Source: a bacterium
Lineage (GTDB): Bacteria > Babelota > Babeliae > Babelales > Vermiphilaceae
Assembly: GCA_021833825.1 (NCBI GenBank)
Contig: JAKBEL010000021.1
Location: 525 to 64,524 of the forward strand
Direction: 5' to 3'
DNA: 64,000 nt
Below are positions 1 to 9,062 of this stretch, piece after piece (position 1 is the stretch's first letter; each line of letters opens with the position of its first letter). The translations under genes and the position numbers were made by a program. The notes beneath the pieces were generated by a model. That model searched no databases, was not told the DNA's origin, and saw nothing but the letters and a program-made list of their open reading frames with translations.

Positions 1-867
1 GTAACGAGTTAACGGATAGCAATATTTAATAAGTTGGGCTGCCTCATTTTGATCTGGAGGGTAGTTTCCAGTTGCCTCTTTGTTATACATGTCAAAAATA
101 GCAACTTTTTCATTATTGCCTAGAATCCAGGCATTGCCATTTCCTTGGTGAGCATCAAGGTCCACAATTAACACTTTATTTATATTATACTCAGAAAGTG
201 CTTTTAGTGTTGCTAATCCTTCATCAGAGACTGCACAATTGCCCCATTTGCTGTAATCTTCACCCTCTTTGCCGCCAACCTTTGCATGATGGAATCCTCC
301 ACCAAGATTTATTGCCCATCCGAATTTGCCCATATTGCGATTGTTTAATGCGATATCTACAGCATCAAGAGTGCCTTGTGTTGCAAGTAAAATGGGCCGT
401 AATGCAGCTTTTCTAAAGAAATCCATGTTATATGAAAATGGGGGGAAAGATAACGTTGGCAAAAAGCCCATCTCGCAGATATTTGCAATAATTCTTGGAT
501 CTGTGAAAAGCTCATCTATATATTTTTGTGAGTGAATTTTTTGTAGCTCTTCTTGAGATACTTCGCTTGCAGGTTTATGAAACATGCTTTTGGTAATATT
601 TGGATTTTCTTTAAGCATATTTTTGATGTTTTGAGGTCTGCACAGATCAACATACGCACGGGGAGCTATTGTTATAAAAAGTTTTTCCATGTTGATACAA
701 GAGGCAAGCCATCGGCCTGTATTAAATCCGTAGTCACTTGCTTGTAATATAGTCGGAATTAAAGATCCAACTTTATTGAAGTTATAATCTTTGTGATATA
801 CAAACTGTGCGTTGAGTTCTGTTTTGCCAATAAGAATAATGATTAAAAATAATAGTTTTTTTAGCAT
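1..867 (-). CDS. Histone-deacetylase-family protein (arginase/deacetylase superfamily, HDAC11/AcuC-like) with N-terminal signal-type leader; C-terminal end lies outside the window
   Basis: Absent from the ORF track because it is open at the window edge. Hand translation of the minus strand from ATG (865-867) is stop-free to base 1. It reads MLKKLLFLIIILIGKTELNAQ... and contains GGGFHHA and DLDAHQGNG. Confidence 0.8.
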   Translation of the reverse strand, partial: MLKKLLFLIIILIGKTELNAQFVYHKDYNFNKVGSLIPTILQASDYGFNTGRWLASCINMEKLFITIAPRAYVDLCRPQNIKNMLKENPNITKSMFHKPASEVSQEELQKIHSQKYIDELFTDPRIIANICEMGFLPTLSFPPFSYNMDFFRKAALRPILLATQGTLDAVDIALNNRNMGKFGWAINLGGGFHHAKVGGKEGEDYSKWGNCAVSDEGLATLKALSEYNINKVLIVDLDAHQGNGNAWILGNNEKVAIFDMYNKEATGNYPPDQNEAAQLIKYCYPLTRY

Positions 868-893
868 TTTTATCTCTTTCGTTTTAAATATTT

Positions 894-1604
894 TTATATA
901 ATGATTCCATACATATTTTTCAGATCTTGAGCCAGTTTCTTGGCACCCTGTTTTTTATCAAATTGAATAGCAAGCAGTCCAGCTTTACGGGCAGCCTCAA
1001 CATTCTCTTTTTTATCATCAATAAAGAGAATATATTGCCCGTCTGCAGCATTGATCTTGTTTTTGAGCATTTCAAAATAACGTGGATCTGGTTTTTCGAT
1101 CGGATTTTTTACGCTATAATCAACGGTCATGCAATGTTTAATGAAGTTATCATTAAACAGTTCAGGAAATCTCGTTTTTTGGTCTTCAAAGAAAATAGTG
1201 CCGATGTTTGTTGCTGTATAGAACCTGAATCCTTGTGCATGCAGTTTTTTGTAAAGTTCTAATGTTTCAGGAATAATATCTTTCTGTTTTACACATGCAC
1301 GAAGAAATTCTGCAGGTTTTGTTAGCCCTTTGGCCATCCATTTAACATATTTGCGTTCATTATTTATGCGTTTAAAATGTGACCAACCTTTAAAAATAGA
1401 TTTCCAATCAGAATGCCATAGATAAAGGTGTACATTTCGTGGGCGCTGTACCATATTTCTTTTTAAAATTACATCATCAAGGTCGGTTGCAATAAGGGTG
1501 TTTGCAGGTGTTAATTGAATGACTGTGCTTTCACTGCATCCAGTGTTTAAAGCGATAGTCATGGTCAGTAATAGTACTGATAACAGTTTAGATGTCTGTA
1601 ACAT
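894..1604 (-). CDS. HAD-superfamily hydrolase with N-terminal leader (possible lipoprotein, non-canonical ...NTGC)
   Basis: ORF track 236 aa. Hydrophobic leader. HAD motif I-like ATDLDDVIL and motif IV-like LFIDDKKENVEAARKAG. Confidence 0.7.
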   Translation of the reverse strand: MLQTSKLLSVLLLTMTIALNTGCSESTVIQLTPANTLIATDLDDVILKRNMVQRPRNVHLYLWHSDWKSIFKGWSHFKRINNERKYVKWMAKGLTKPAEFLRACVKQKDIIPETLELYKKLHAQGFRFYTATNIGTIFFEDQKTRFPELFNDNFIKHCMTVDYSVKNPIEKPDPRYFEMLKNKINAADGQYILFIDDKKENVEAARKAGLLAIQFDKKQGAKKLAQDLKNMYGIII

Positions 1605-1685
1605 ATAATCTCCATTTTCAGGTTAATTTTTAATCTTATCGTTAATAATACCATTTGCAATGAAAATAGCAACTGGTGGCTAAAA

Positions 1686-1743
1686 AGAGGATTTTGCAGG
1701 TTTGGGCCCGACTTTCATTTCTAGAAGCAGTATTCTGCAGGGT
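1686..1743 (-). repeat. Decayed direct copy of the last ~18 codons of the PASTA gene (compare 3041-3095)
   Basis: Hand alignment: a gattttgcaggtttg core followed by gcccga, tttca, ttcta and aag blocks in the same order. Roughly 80-85% identical by eye. The copy contains in-frame stops. Confidence 0.7.
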
Positions 1744-1784
1744 AACAAAGCTGTTTCTATTATGGGGCAGTAGATGTGAGCGTC

Positions 1785-2948
1785 TTATATCACAGAAAAT
1801 GAGCTCCAGCTCTCAATATCGATACCTTTAGCCCGCATAGGCTCATTGCCGCCATAAACGATAAGGCCTTGTTGCTGCTTTGAAAGCTCTAACCAATAGT
1901 TAACGCTATCCAAGAAGCTTTTGTGAAATGTCATGCTAGCTTTGATTTCGATCGGCAACAGTTGGTTTTCTCGTTCAATAAGACAATCAACCTCATGGCC
2001 ATGACTATCCCTCCAAAAATAAATCGGTGGATTTTTAGCCTTATTATAAAATTGTTTAGCAATGTCGGTTATAATAAGATTTTCAAAAAGAGGGCCGCGC
2101 AAGGAGTGTTGTTGTAACTGATCTGCAGTGTTGATGTGTAATAATGAACAGGCAACTCCAGTATCATAAAAATATAACTTAGCACTTTTAGTAAGTCGTT
2201 TGTTAAAATTAGCATGATGCGGTTGCAAGAGATAGATAATATAACTTGCCTGTAAAATAGAAAGCCACGCATTGGCGGTTGAAACACTAATCCCACAATC
2301 AGATGCTAGTCCTGAAACATTCAATAATTGTCCGATACGTCCAGCGCATAGTCCTAAGAATTTTTTAAAAAGCACTAAATCGGCCACTTTGCTAATTGTT
2401 CGCACATCACGTTCTAAATAGGTTTGTATGTATGATGGATAAACATATTCTGGATCCAATGCAGCATTTGCAAAAATGCCTGGATATCCACCTTTGACAA
2501 TTGCATTCTCACTAAATTTTGCTTGTAAATTCGCATCAGCTATCTCTTTAAGGGATAAAGGCAAGAGGGTCAAAATTCCTACACGTCCTGCTAGTGATTG
2601 TGAAATAGCTTGATTCATAAGAAAGTTATGAGAACCTGTCAAAATAAAAAATCCTGGCCGTTTTTCCCGATCAACAATCACCTGAATATAAGAAAGCATA
2701 TCAGGGGCATTTTGAAACTCATCGATAATGACCCCTTTATGGACCAAGAGTCGTTCTAGAAATCCTCTTGGATCATTTAGCGCTATGCCAAGGATATCTA
2801 AATTTTCAAGGTTGACATAATAATAATCCTGAAATGCTTGTTGTGCTAATGTTGTTTTGCCCGATTGGCGTGGCCCTAGGAGCGCTACTACGGGGAAAAA
2901 TGAAGCGAACTTTTCCAATATAGGGAGCATCTCTCTTGTGATAAACAT
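1785..2948 (-). CDS. AAA+ ATPase with DUF4143-type C-terminal region
   Basis: Walker A GPRQSGKTT and Walker B-like IIDEFQ. Colinear along its whole length with the paralogue at 12533-13702 (more than half of residues identical by eye). Confidence 0.85.
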   Translation of the reverse strand: MFITREMLPILEKFASFFPVVALLGPRQSGKTTLAQQAFQDYYYVNLENLDILGIALNDPRGFLERLLVHKGVIIDEFQNAPDMLSYIQVIVDREKRPGFFILTGSHNFLMNQAISQSLAGRVGILTLLPLSLKEIADANLQAKFSENAIVKGGYPGIFANAALDPEYVYPSYIQTYLERDVRTISKVADLVLFKKFLGLCAGRIGQLLNVSGLASDCGISVSTANAWLSILQASYIIYLLQPHHANFNKRLTKSAKLYFYDTGVACSLLHINTADQLQQHSLRGPLFENLIITDIAKQFYNKAKNPPIYFWRDSHGHEVDCLIERENQLLPIEIKASMTFHKSFLDSVNYWLELSKQQQGLIVYGGNEPMRAKGIDIESWSSFSVI

Positions 2949-3034
2949 AATATATCCTCTGTGTAATTCACATACCCTACCTTATAAATTACACAAATTT
3001 GGGTATAAAGAAAAGAGTTTTTTGTTTAAGTACT

Positions 3035-3868
3035 TTAATGAAGAGATTTTGCAGGTTTGAGCCCGATTTTCAGTTCTACAAGTAGTTTTTCAGGCTCCAT
3101 GAGGTTCAAAACAGTTCCAGCTTTGGGGTGTTGATCAATGATATAATAGGTCTTGGATTGCTCAGGGGCTATATCGGTCTGATAATGGTTAATGCTATAT
3201 TTTGTCAGTATTGTAACAACAGATTCCAATGTTTTGCCCTTAAAATTGGGAAATATGACAAGATTATCTTTTTCTTGAGCAATATAGCAGATCAAAGATC
3301 TGTTCTTAATTGGTTGACCTGCTGATGGCCATTGGCCAAAGCAGTGGCCAACTGGGTAAGAGTAGGAGATGGTATGGAATGTCGGTTTTAGGCCGATAGC
3401 TTGAGTGGTCTTTCTTATCTGGTCTATTGAGAGCCCAATGCATGAAGGGGCAACTTCTGCAGAGGGCTTTTCAGATATGACAATATAGACAGTCTGATTC
3501 TTTTTGATTAATCTGCCAGCTTGTGGCCTTTGATGAAGTACCGTTGCAGACGGCAGCCCAGTATCTTTTTTGATCTGAATAATTTCAGGATGAAGTTGAT
3601 AACTGGAGAGTAGTTTGGTCGCCTCAACTAAATGCATGCCGGTAATATCTGGGGTGATAAAGCAGGGATAGCCAAATAGTATATGTAGTGCAAAATAGGT
3701 AGAGATAAAGAGAACAAAAGGTGTGATCCATAGATGAGGATAGAGTGTTGATAGCTTCACAATTACACCATAATGTTCCAGAAGATATTGAAATTCATGG
3801 ATTGGCTGACAATAAGCCGGATTCTGTTCTACATTATCTGTAGTGGCAACCATTAATCTATGCAGCAT
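3035..3868 (-). CDS. Membrane-anchored protein with three PASTA-like repeats
   Basis: ORF track 277 aa. One TM segment (LWITPFVLFISTYFALHILFG) followed by three ~65-aa repeats (PDITGMHLVEATKLL..., PSCIGLSIDQIRKTT..., PNFKGKTLESVVTIL...). The first ~22 codons overlap the 3' part of rnpB, so the true start is probably internal, e.g. GTG at 3760. Confidence 0.7.
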   Translation of the reverse strand: MLHRLMVATTDNVEQNPAYCQPIHEFQYLLEHYGVIVKLSTLYPHLWITPFVLFISTYFALHILFGYPCFITPDITGMHLVEATKLLSSYQLHPEIIQIKKDTGLPSATVLHQRPQAGRLIKKNQTVYIVISEKPSAEVAPSCIGLSIDQIRKTTQAIGLKPTFHTISYSYPVGHCFGQWPSAGQPIKNRSLICYIAQEKDNLVIFPNFKGKTLESVVTILTKYSINHYQTDIAPEQSKTYYIIDQHPKAGTVLNLMEPEKLLVELKIGLKPAKSLH

Positions 3869-4160
3869 ACCCGCGTGTCAAAACCGGAATAGACAACCGT
3901 TCACGCTATTTGCCTTGCTCCAGATAGGGTTTACCCCGCATGGCTATTGCTAGACATACTCGTGCGCTTTTACCACACGTTTTCACCCTTACCAATGCGC
4001 ATAAAAACATATAAGCATGGCGGTTATTTTCTGTGGCACTTTCCATGGGCTTGCGCCCTCCTTAGTTGATGTTTTGCAACATCTCCGAAGGTATCTTGTT
4101 TATTGGGAGTCCGGACTTTCCTCTTATGACTTTCTCATAAGCGATTGCCTAGTCTGCCAA
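3802..4160 (-). ncRNA. rnpB: RNase P RNA, bacterial type A
   Basis: Minus strand carries AGAGGAAAGTCCGGACTCC (P4 5' strand), CACAGAAAATAACCGCC, GGGTGAAAACGTGTGGTAAAAGCGCACGAG and ACAGAATCCGGCTTATTGTCAGCC (P4 3' strand plus P1). The terminal TTGGCAGAC / GTCAGCCAA segments can pair as P1. Length is about 360 nt. Confidence 0.9.
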
Positions 4161-4596
4161 TTCCATGAATTTTCAAAGATATAATCAATAACACTAATAT
4201 ATTAACACAAAATTGCCACACAGTATAGCTTAGGGGTAGCTGTCCGATATTCAGCAAGCGGTAGGTTATCTCTCTCTCTATTACTAAAAAGAGTGCCAAC
4301 AGGAAAGCTGGAACAAAAAAGCTCTTTGTGAACCATTTTTTTGCCACTATAGTGAGTATGATGATAGGTATCATGCTGATATAGATGATGCCAAAGTGGC
4401 TATAGTGGGTAAATGAATAGAGCCCCAATAGTATGAGAGCTATCAAGAGTTGGCCAGTGATTGCAGGTGCATTATATGATGTTATCAAAAACCAACAGAG
4501 TAGGCCTTTTAGCAAACGGTAATGCAGTAATAGGTTGATGTTGTAATCGAATAGAAAGAGGAAAATAGGAATCAAAGTATAATTGCTCCGCTTCAT
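4135..4596 (-). CDS. Polytopic membrane protein, function unknown
   Basis: ORF track 153 aa with 4-5 hydrophobic segments and no recognisable motif. Its last ~8 codons overlap the predicted rnpB 5' end. Confidence 0.55.
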   Translation of the reverse strand: MKRSNYTLIPIFLFLFDYNINLLLHYRLLKGLLCWFLITSYNAPAITGQLLIALILLGLYSFTHYSHFGIIYISMIPIIILTIVAKKWFTKSFFVPAFLLALFLVIEREITYRLLNIGQLPLSYTVWQFCVNILVLLIISLKIHGIGRLGNRL

Positions 4597-4738
4597 ATGG
4601 TATCTTTCGCAAATCAGTTATTGTGGGGAATAGATGCTATTTTTATTGTATAAAATAATATCTATTTGTTATATTGTTATGGAGTGCTTGGATTATATTA
4701 CTCAAGTACATTAGATCATTTTTAGACCAAGGTATAGT

Positions 4739-6652
4739 ATGACGATAAAATATATTAACATAAAAGCATTGATGATATTGGTCTTTTCTCTATGTGCCCA
4801 TGATATAGTGGCTATGGATTGGCTTTCAAGCATATATCGCTCAGGGCGAAATTTTGTCAGTTTTTTAATGGCGCGCCCATTTACTGTTGAAGAATCTGTG
4901 CGCAATGTTCCCGTGTTGGAAAATCCTGAAGCTGGTCAACCTGGTGCGCAAGTAAATCCTGACCCGACTTATATTGCTGCATTGATGCGTTGGTTTTCAA
5001 GTTGGCGGCAACCGGCTGCGCCACAATCGCCATCATTACCCTCATCATCATCATCTTCTTCTTCTGACAAAGGAAAAATAGAAGATAAAGGTGAGCAGCA
5101 AGATATTCTTATATCAGATCAGCTGGAAGCTATTTTTGCTCGCATACGGAAGCTTCAAGATAATTCTCAATATTTGAGTCAAGAGAATCAGGAGAGGCTG
5201 GCAACGTTGGTATCTTTAGAAAGTTCTGAAGAATCTAAATTATTATTAAATGAGGATAATCTGAAACACTTAGATGAGCTAGAAAAAGAAATGTTTCAAT
5301 ATGTTGGATCCTCTTCTAGTTCAGTGCCATCGCATTCAGAAGTGCACCATGAAAAGATTTTATTGCCATCATCACAATCATTATCATCTCCTTCATCATC
5401 TTCTTCTGGGGAGTTGTCATCTCCTGATCATGATATTGAATCAAAGAAGAGTTTTCTTCAACATTTTGATCGTCCTGCGCGCATTCCTGGCCTTGTTCGT
5501 TTTTTAGCAGGTATTAAAGATAAGCCAGTGTTGTCAGTAGAGGAAGTACAAAAATTGGAACAATTTCATGACCTAGCTAGACAAAAAAACAGTGCTCAAG
5601 CTACATCAAAAGGTGAGCAGGAAAAAATTTATTTACCTAGTCAGGAGGATGTTGGATCCGCCTCTAGTTCAGGGCCATCATATTCAGAAGTGCGGCGTGA
5701 AGAGATTTCATTGCCGCCATCATCGCCATTGGGAAGATCATCGTTACGATTATTATCATCTCTTTCTGATAAAGAAGAAGATAAAGGTGAGCAGGAAGAA
5801 ATTTATACATCTAGTCAGCAGAAGAATTTTTCTGAACGTATAGATAAGCTTAAAAAAAGCTTTCAAAATTTAAGTGAAGAAGATACAGTGAGGGTGCTTT
5901 CTTTGGAAGAGGCTTTACAGCAAAACCCATCCTTATTTGATGAAAATATTTTAGCTGATCTAGAGGCGAAGATGTATCAGGCTAGTGAACAACCATCTAA
6001 AGAATTGCGGCATGAAGAATCGCAAGCATCATCACTGCCATTGCCATCACAATCACCATCATCTTCATTACCCTCTTCTGACGTACAATCTTTTTCACAA
6101 ACATTTGATAAAGTAGGGCAGTATATGCACAGTGGAAATATTCTTGAACCAGAAATGGCAGTATTAACTGAGTTTGAAAATTCTTCTGATCCTCAAGCAT
6201 GGTTAGAGGGTAAAAAAGAGCAGATATTGAAAAGATCGGGTCTTCTTGGTAAGAATCTAAAAGATGAACGTTTTTATGAAAAATTAAATGATATTGCAAT
6301 GCTTCAAGTTTCAGATTTAAAAAAGGATCCTCAAAAAATATATCAAGTTCACACACTGTTGAATGATATTAGCAAACTCTATGCTCAAGAGTTTTTAGGC
6401 TTAAAAAGATTAATTAGAAGTCGAAAAGTGAAAATTGAGAATACTAAAAATATTGCTCATGTGGCGTTGATGAGAAGGAGGGATGAGCTTAAGAAAGAGC
6501 TTGATTCTCTTGATTCATTATTAAATAATGATTGGTCGAATGCTGATGCAATAAATAGTTCTATTGCAGAATTTGATGAAAAATATAATTCTTTAATTTC
6601 TGATATCTCCAAGAGATCTCATACATTGCAAAAAGCCATAACAAAAAGGTGA
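4739..6652 (+). CDS. Secreted Ser-rich modular repeat protein (effector-like), function unknown
   Basis: ORF track 637 aa with a hydrophobic leader. Poly-Ser tracts. KGEQ(Q/E)xI appears three times. A ~100-bp DNA repeat occurs at 5301-5400 and 5649-5748. C-terminal part is helical. Confidence 0.75.
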   Translation: MTIKYINIKALMILVFSLCAHDIVAMDWLSSIYRSGRNFVSFLMARPFTVEESVRNVPVLENPEAGQPGAQVNPDPTYIAALMRWFSSWRQPAAPQSPSLPSSSSSSSSDKGKIEDKGEQQDILISDQLEAIFARIRKLQDNSQYLSQENQERLATLVSLESSEESKLLLNEDNLKHLDELEKEMFQYVGSSSSSVPSHSEVHHEKILLPSSQSLSSPSSSSSGELSSPDHDIESKKSFLQHFDRPARIPGLVRFLAGIKDKPVLSVEEVQKLEQFHDLARQKNSAQATSKGEQEKIYLPSQEDVGSASSSGPSYSEVRREEISLPPSSPLGRSSLRLLSSLSDKEEDKGEQEEIYTSSQQKNFSERIDKLKKSFQNLSEEDTVRVLSLEEALQQNPSLFDENILADLEAKMYQASEQPSKELRHEESQASSLPLPSQSPSSSLPSSDVQSFSQTFDKVGQYMHSGNILEPEMAVLTEFENSSDPQAWLEGKKEQILKRSGLLGKNLKDERFYEKLNDIAMLQVSDLKKDPQKIYQVHTLLNDISKLYAQEFLGLKRLIRSRKVKIENTKNIAHVALMRRRDELKKELDSLDSLLNNDWSNADAINSSIAEFDEKYNSLISDISKRSHTLQKAITKR

Positions 6653-6718
6653 TCAATCTTATTCAATTATTCTCTTTTATAGTATGCTGAGCCCGTATAT
6701 GTAGATGGGTAATCAGGT

Positions 6719-8632
6719 ATGTTAATAAGTAGAGTTTTGATTAAAGATGTTCTGTGTTCACTTTTTATTATGTTGGTATTCTGTATAGCGCTATGCTGTG
6801 GCGCAATCAGCTATATTGCACATAATAAATGCATAGATTTTTCACATCTTGAACAGTATAATCCAGGCAGGGCAACGATCTTGCTTGACCATGAGGGCAG
6901 AGAGTGGGCCCGTTTTGCCCTTGATAGGCGCAAGTGGATATCACTTGAACAGATGCCAAAGCATCTCATTCAGGCCTTTCTGGCTGCAGAAGATTGGGAT
7001 TTTTACAATCATTGTGGGCTTTCGTTTCGTGGCATAGTTCGTTCTCTGTTTGTTAATATATCTCATGGGCGTGTCATGCAGGGTGCAAGCACCATTACTC
7101 AGCAATTAGTTCGCCTTCTCTTTTTTGATCAAAAAAGAACATTCAGGCGTAAGATTAAAGAGCAGTTGATGTCACTTCTTGTTGAGATGCAGTTCAGTAA
7201 AGATCAGATACTTGAGACTTATTTAAATCATGTCTATTTTGGATGTGGCATTTATGGTGTTGAGGCTGCTGCGCAACGCTTTTGGAATAAATCTGTTTGT
7301 GATGTAACGGTTGATGAGGCTGCAGTATTGGCATCAATTATGCGATCTCCAGGTAGTTACACACCATTATTGCATCCACTTGCAACACAGCGGCAACGCA
7401 ATCTAGTATTGTTTAAAATGAGAAAGTTGGGATTTATTTCGCAAGAACAATTTCATGATGCCACATATAAGCCATTAGAGATCGTCAGCTATCATCAGGA
7501 TATCTTTGGTCAACATGCACGAGAATCGATCAGGCAGTTTCTTGAAGAGCTGTTTGGAGATGCTTTATATACTGGGGGATATATTGTCAAAACAACTATT
7601 GATGTCGCATTGCAAAAAAGAGCAGAGTCAAGTTTTTCGCAGCATATACAGACCATGCGCAAAACAATTAATAGCGGTATTGATGGTGCATTATTAACAA
7701 TGGCGGTAAATACAGGAGAGATTCGTGCTCTCATTGGCGGGTATGATTATAAAACATCCAAATTTAATAGAGCGTTACAGGCTTATAGGCAATTGGGCTC
7801 AGTCTTTAAAACGATTATATTTGCATCAGCATTACAACATGGTTTTAGTTTTGCAGATGTTGAGTGTGATGAGCCAATAACGATTGTTGATGCATATGGC
7901 AAAGAGTGGCAACCGAAGAATTATAATAGAATGTTTAATGGTCCGATCACTTTGGCCTATGCACTTTCACATTCAAATAATATTGTGGTTATTAAAACAT
8001 TCTTAAAGCTGGGAGCCGATCCAATTGTAGAGCTTGCAAAAAAATGTGGTCTGCCCGATCCAAAGCATCGTTACCCTTCATTGGCACTCGGCTGTGTTGA
8101 TGTAACATTAGATCAAGCCGTTGGTATGATGAATGTTTTTGCTAATAACGGTGTTTATGTGAAGCCCCATATGATCAGTTGGATTAAAGATCGGTGGGGC
8201 AGTAGAGTCTATAAGCATGTGGTAGTTCAAGAGCAGGTTATTGAGCCACATATCAGTGGGCAGGTTTTGAAGGTGCTTGGCATTGGCCTTGAGCGAGTCC
8301 GTGCAGTGATTGCTCCAAAGAAATGGATCGATAGTGAAGCTGCAAGTAAAACGGGAACAACCAATGATTATCGCACCTGTTGGTTTGTTGGATCAACACC
8401 GGAGTTGACAACGGGAGTCTGTATTGGATGTGATGACAATCGTTCAATGGGTGATGACGTCTATCCATTACATACAGCATTTCCAATATGGATTGGCCTG
8501 CACCGTGAAGTGAAGACTAAAAAAAAGAGATTCAGTTATGATCCATCATTAAAAGAGGTGGTTATTGATGAAAAGAGTGGCAAAAGGGTGAATGATAGAA
8601 ATGGCAAACATGTCATTTCAATATATGTTTAA
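6719..8632 (+). CDS. mrcA: Class A penicillin-binding protein (transglycosylase plus transpeptidase), PBP1A
   Basis: GT51 motifs EDWDFYNHCG and GASTITQQLVR. Transpeptidase motifs SVFK (SxxK), SHSN (SxN) and KTGTT. Confidence 0.9.
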   Translation: MLISRVLIKDVLCSLFIMLVFCIALCCGAISYIAHNKCIDFSHLEQYNPGRATILLDHEGREWARFALDRRKWISLEQMPKHLIQAFLAAEDWDFYNHCGLSFRGIVRSLFVNISHGRVMQGASTITQQLVRLLFFDQKRTFRRKIKEQLMSLLVEMQFSKDQILETYLNHVYFGCGIYGVEAAAQRFWNKSVCDVTVDEAAVLASIMRSPGSYTPLLHPLATQRQRNLVLFKMRKLGFISQEQFHDATYKPLEIVSYHQDIFGQHARESIRQFLEELFGDALYTGGYIVKTTIDVALQKRAESSFSQHIQTMRKTINSGIDGALLTMAVNTGEIRALIGGYDYKTSKFNRALQAYRQLGSVFKTIIFASALQHGFSFADVECDEPITIVDAYGKEWQPKNYNRMFNGPITLAYALSHSNNIVVIKTFLKLGADPIVELAKKCGLPDPKHRYPSLALGCVDVTLDQAVGMMNVFANNGVYVKPHMISWIKDRWGSRVYKHVVVQEQVIEPHISGQVLKVLGIGLERVRAVIAPKKWIDSEAASKTGTTNDYRTCWFVGSTPELTTGVCIGCDDNRSMGDDVYPLHTAFPIWIGLHREVKTKKKRFSYDPSLKEVVIDEKSGKRVNDRNGKHVISIYV

Positions 8633-8674
8633 AATTGTTCTTATGTTCAATATCTTTTTTTTATGTTATTTTTT

Positions 8675-8830
8675 TCACCCTGCCGGGTGGTGGCATTAAG
8701 AGAGTCTCGTCACCCTCTTAATAATCTGGACGCAAACATGCTGTTTGATGGCTCTTCTCACTCGTAACGCAGACCACATGCTCTGCGCCTAAAAGGCTTG
8801 AGCTTCGGGTCTGGGACTCGTTATCAGTCT
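8675..8830 (+). repeat. Dispersed GC-richer intergenic repeat, full-length copy 1
   Basis: Colinear with the reverse complement of 15241-15400 (GTGGCATxAAG..., TAATAATC, CTTCTCACTC, CTCTGCGCC-loop-GGCTTGA). The core forms a small hairpin, GCC-TAAAA-GGC. Confidence 0.7.
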
Positions 8831-8983
8831 TGTTTTTATAATTTTATATACAGAGAATATCACCAATCCGTTCATGGTGAGTAGCCCGGCATTTCTCAAA
8901 GCAATACATGAAGCATTGTTATTGAATTGGTCTGCATCATTATAGAAAATATAGATTAAAGTAGAAAATGACTGGTGTATTCA

Positions 8984-9062
8984 GCCACTTACGTCACCCC
9001 ACACTCTGCGCCCGGAGGGCTTGATCTTAGGGGTATCAAAGATCTCGATCAGAATTTTATTT
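8984..9062 (+). repeat. Dispersed intergenic repeat, partial copy 2 (3' half)
   Basis: CCCCACACTCTGCGCCCGGAGGGCTTGATCTTAGGGGTATCAAAGATCTCGATCAG matches the reverse complement of 15250-15310 almost base for base. Confidence 0.75.

Noticed and set aside
927-1262. Antisense ORFs inside clear genes. This one is an example; the same applies to 5997-6356, 28810-29154, 35805-36125, 50102-50434, 59001-59297 and 61124-61366.
   Set aside because: Each is nested in a longer opposite-strand or alternate-frame gene with family motifs. Such ORFs are typical of AT-rich genomes with few stop codons on some frames.
4135-4596. Calling the 153-aa membrane protein MreD because of nearby cell-wall genes
   Set aside because: There is no sequence similarity I can see to MreD. 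Context alone (PASTA protein, PBP1A) does not justify the name.
5041-5066. (TCA)n(TCT)n run as a phase-variation tract
   Set aside because: It is a trinucleotide repeat encoding poly-Ser. Slippage would change length, not frame, and the run is short.
8720-8745. GGACGCAAA within repeat copy 1 as a c-di-GMP-I riboswitch core
   Set aside because: The motif is not conserved in the other copy (GGAGACACAAG). The surrounding GEMM-type helices and the GGCAAA element are absent.
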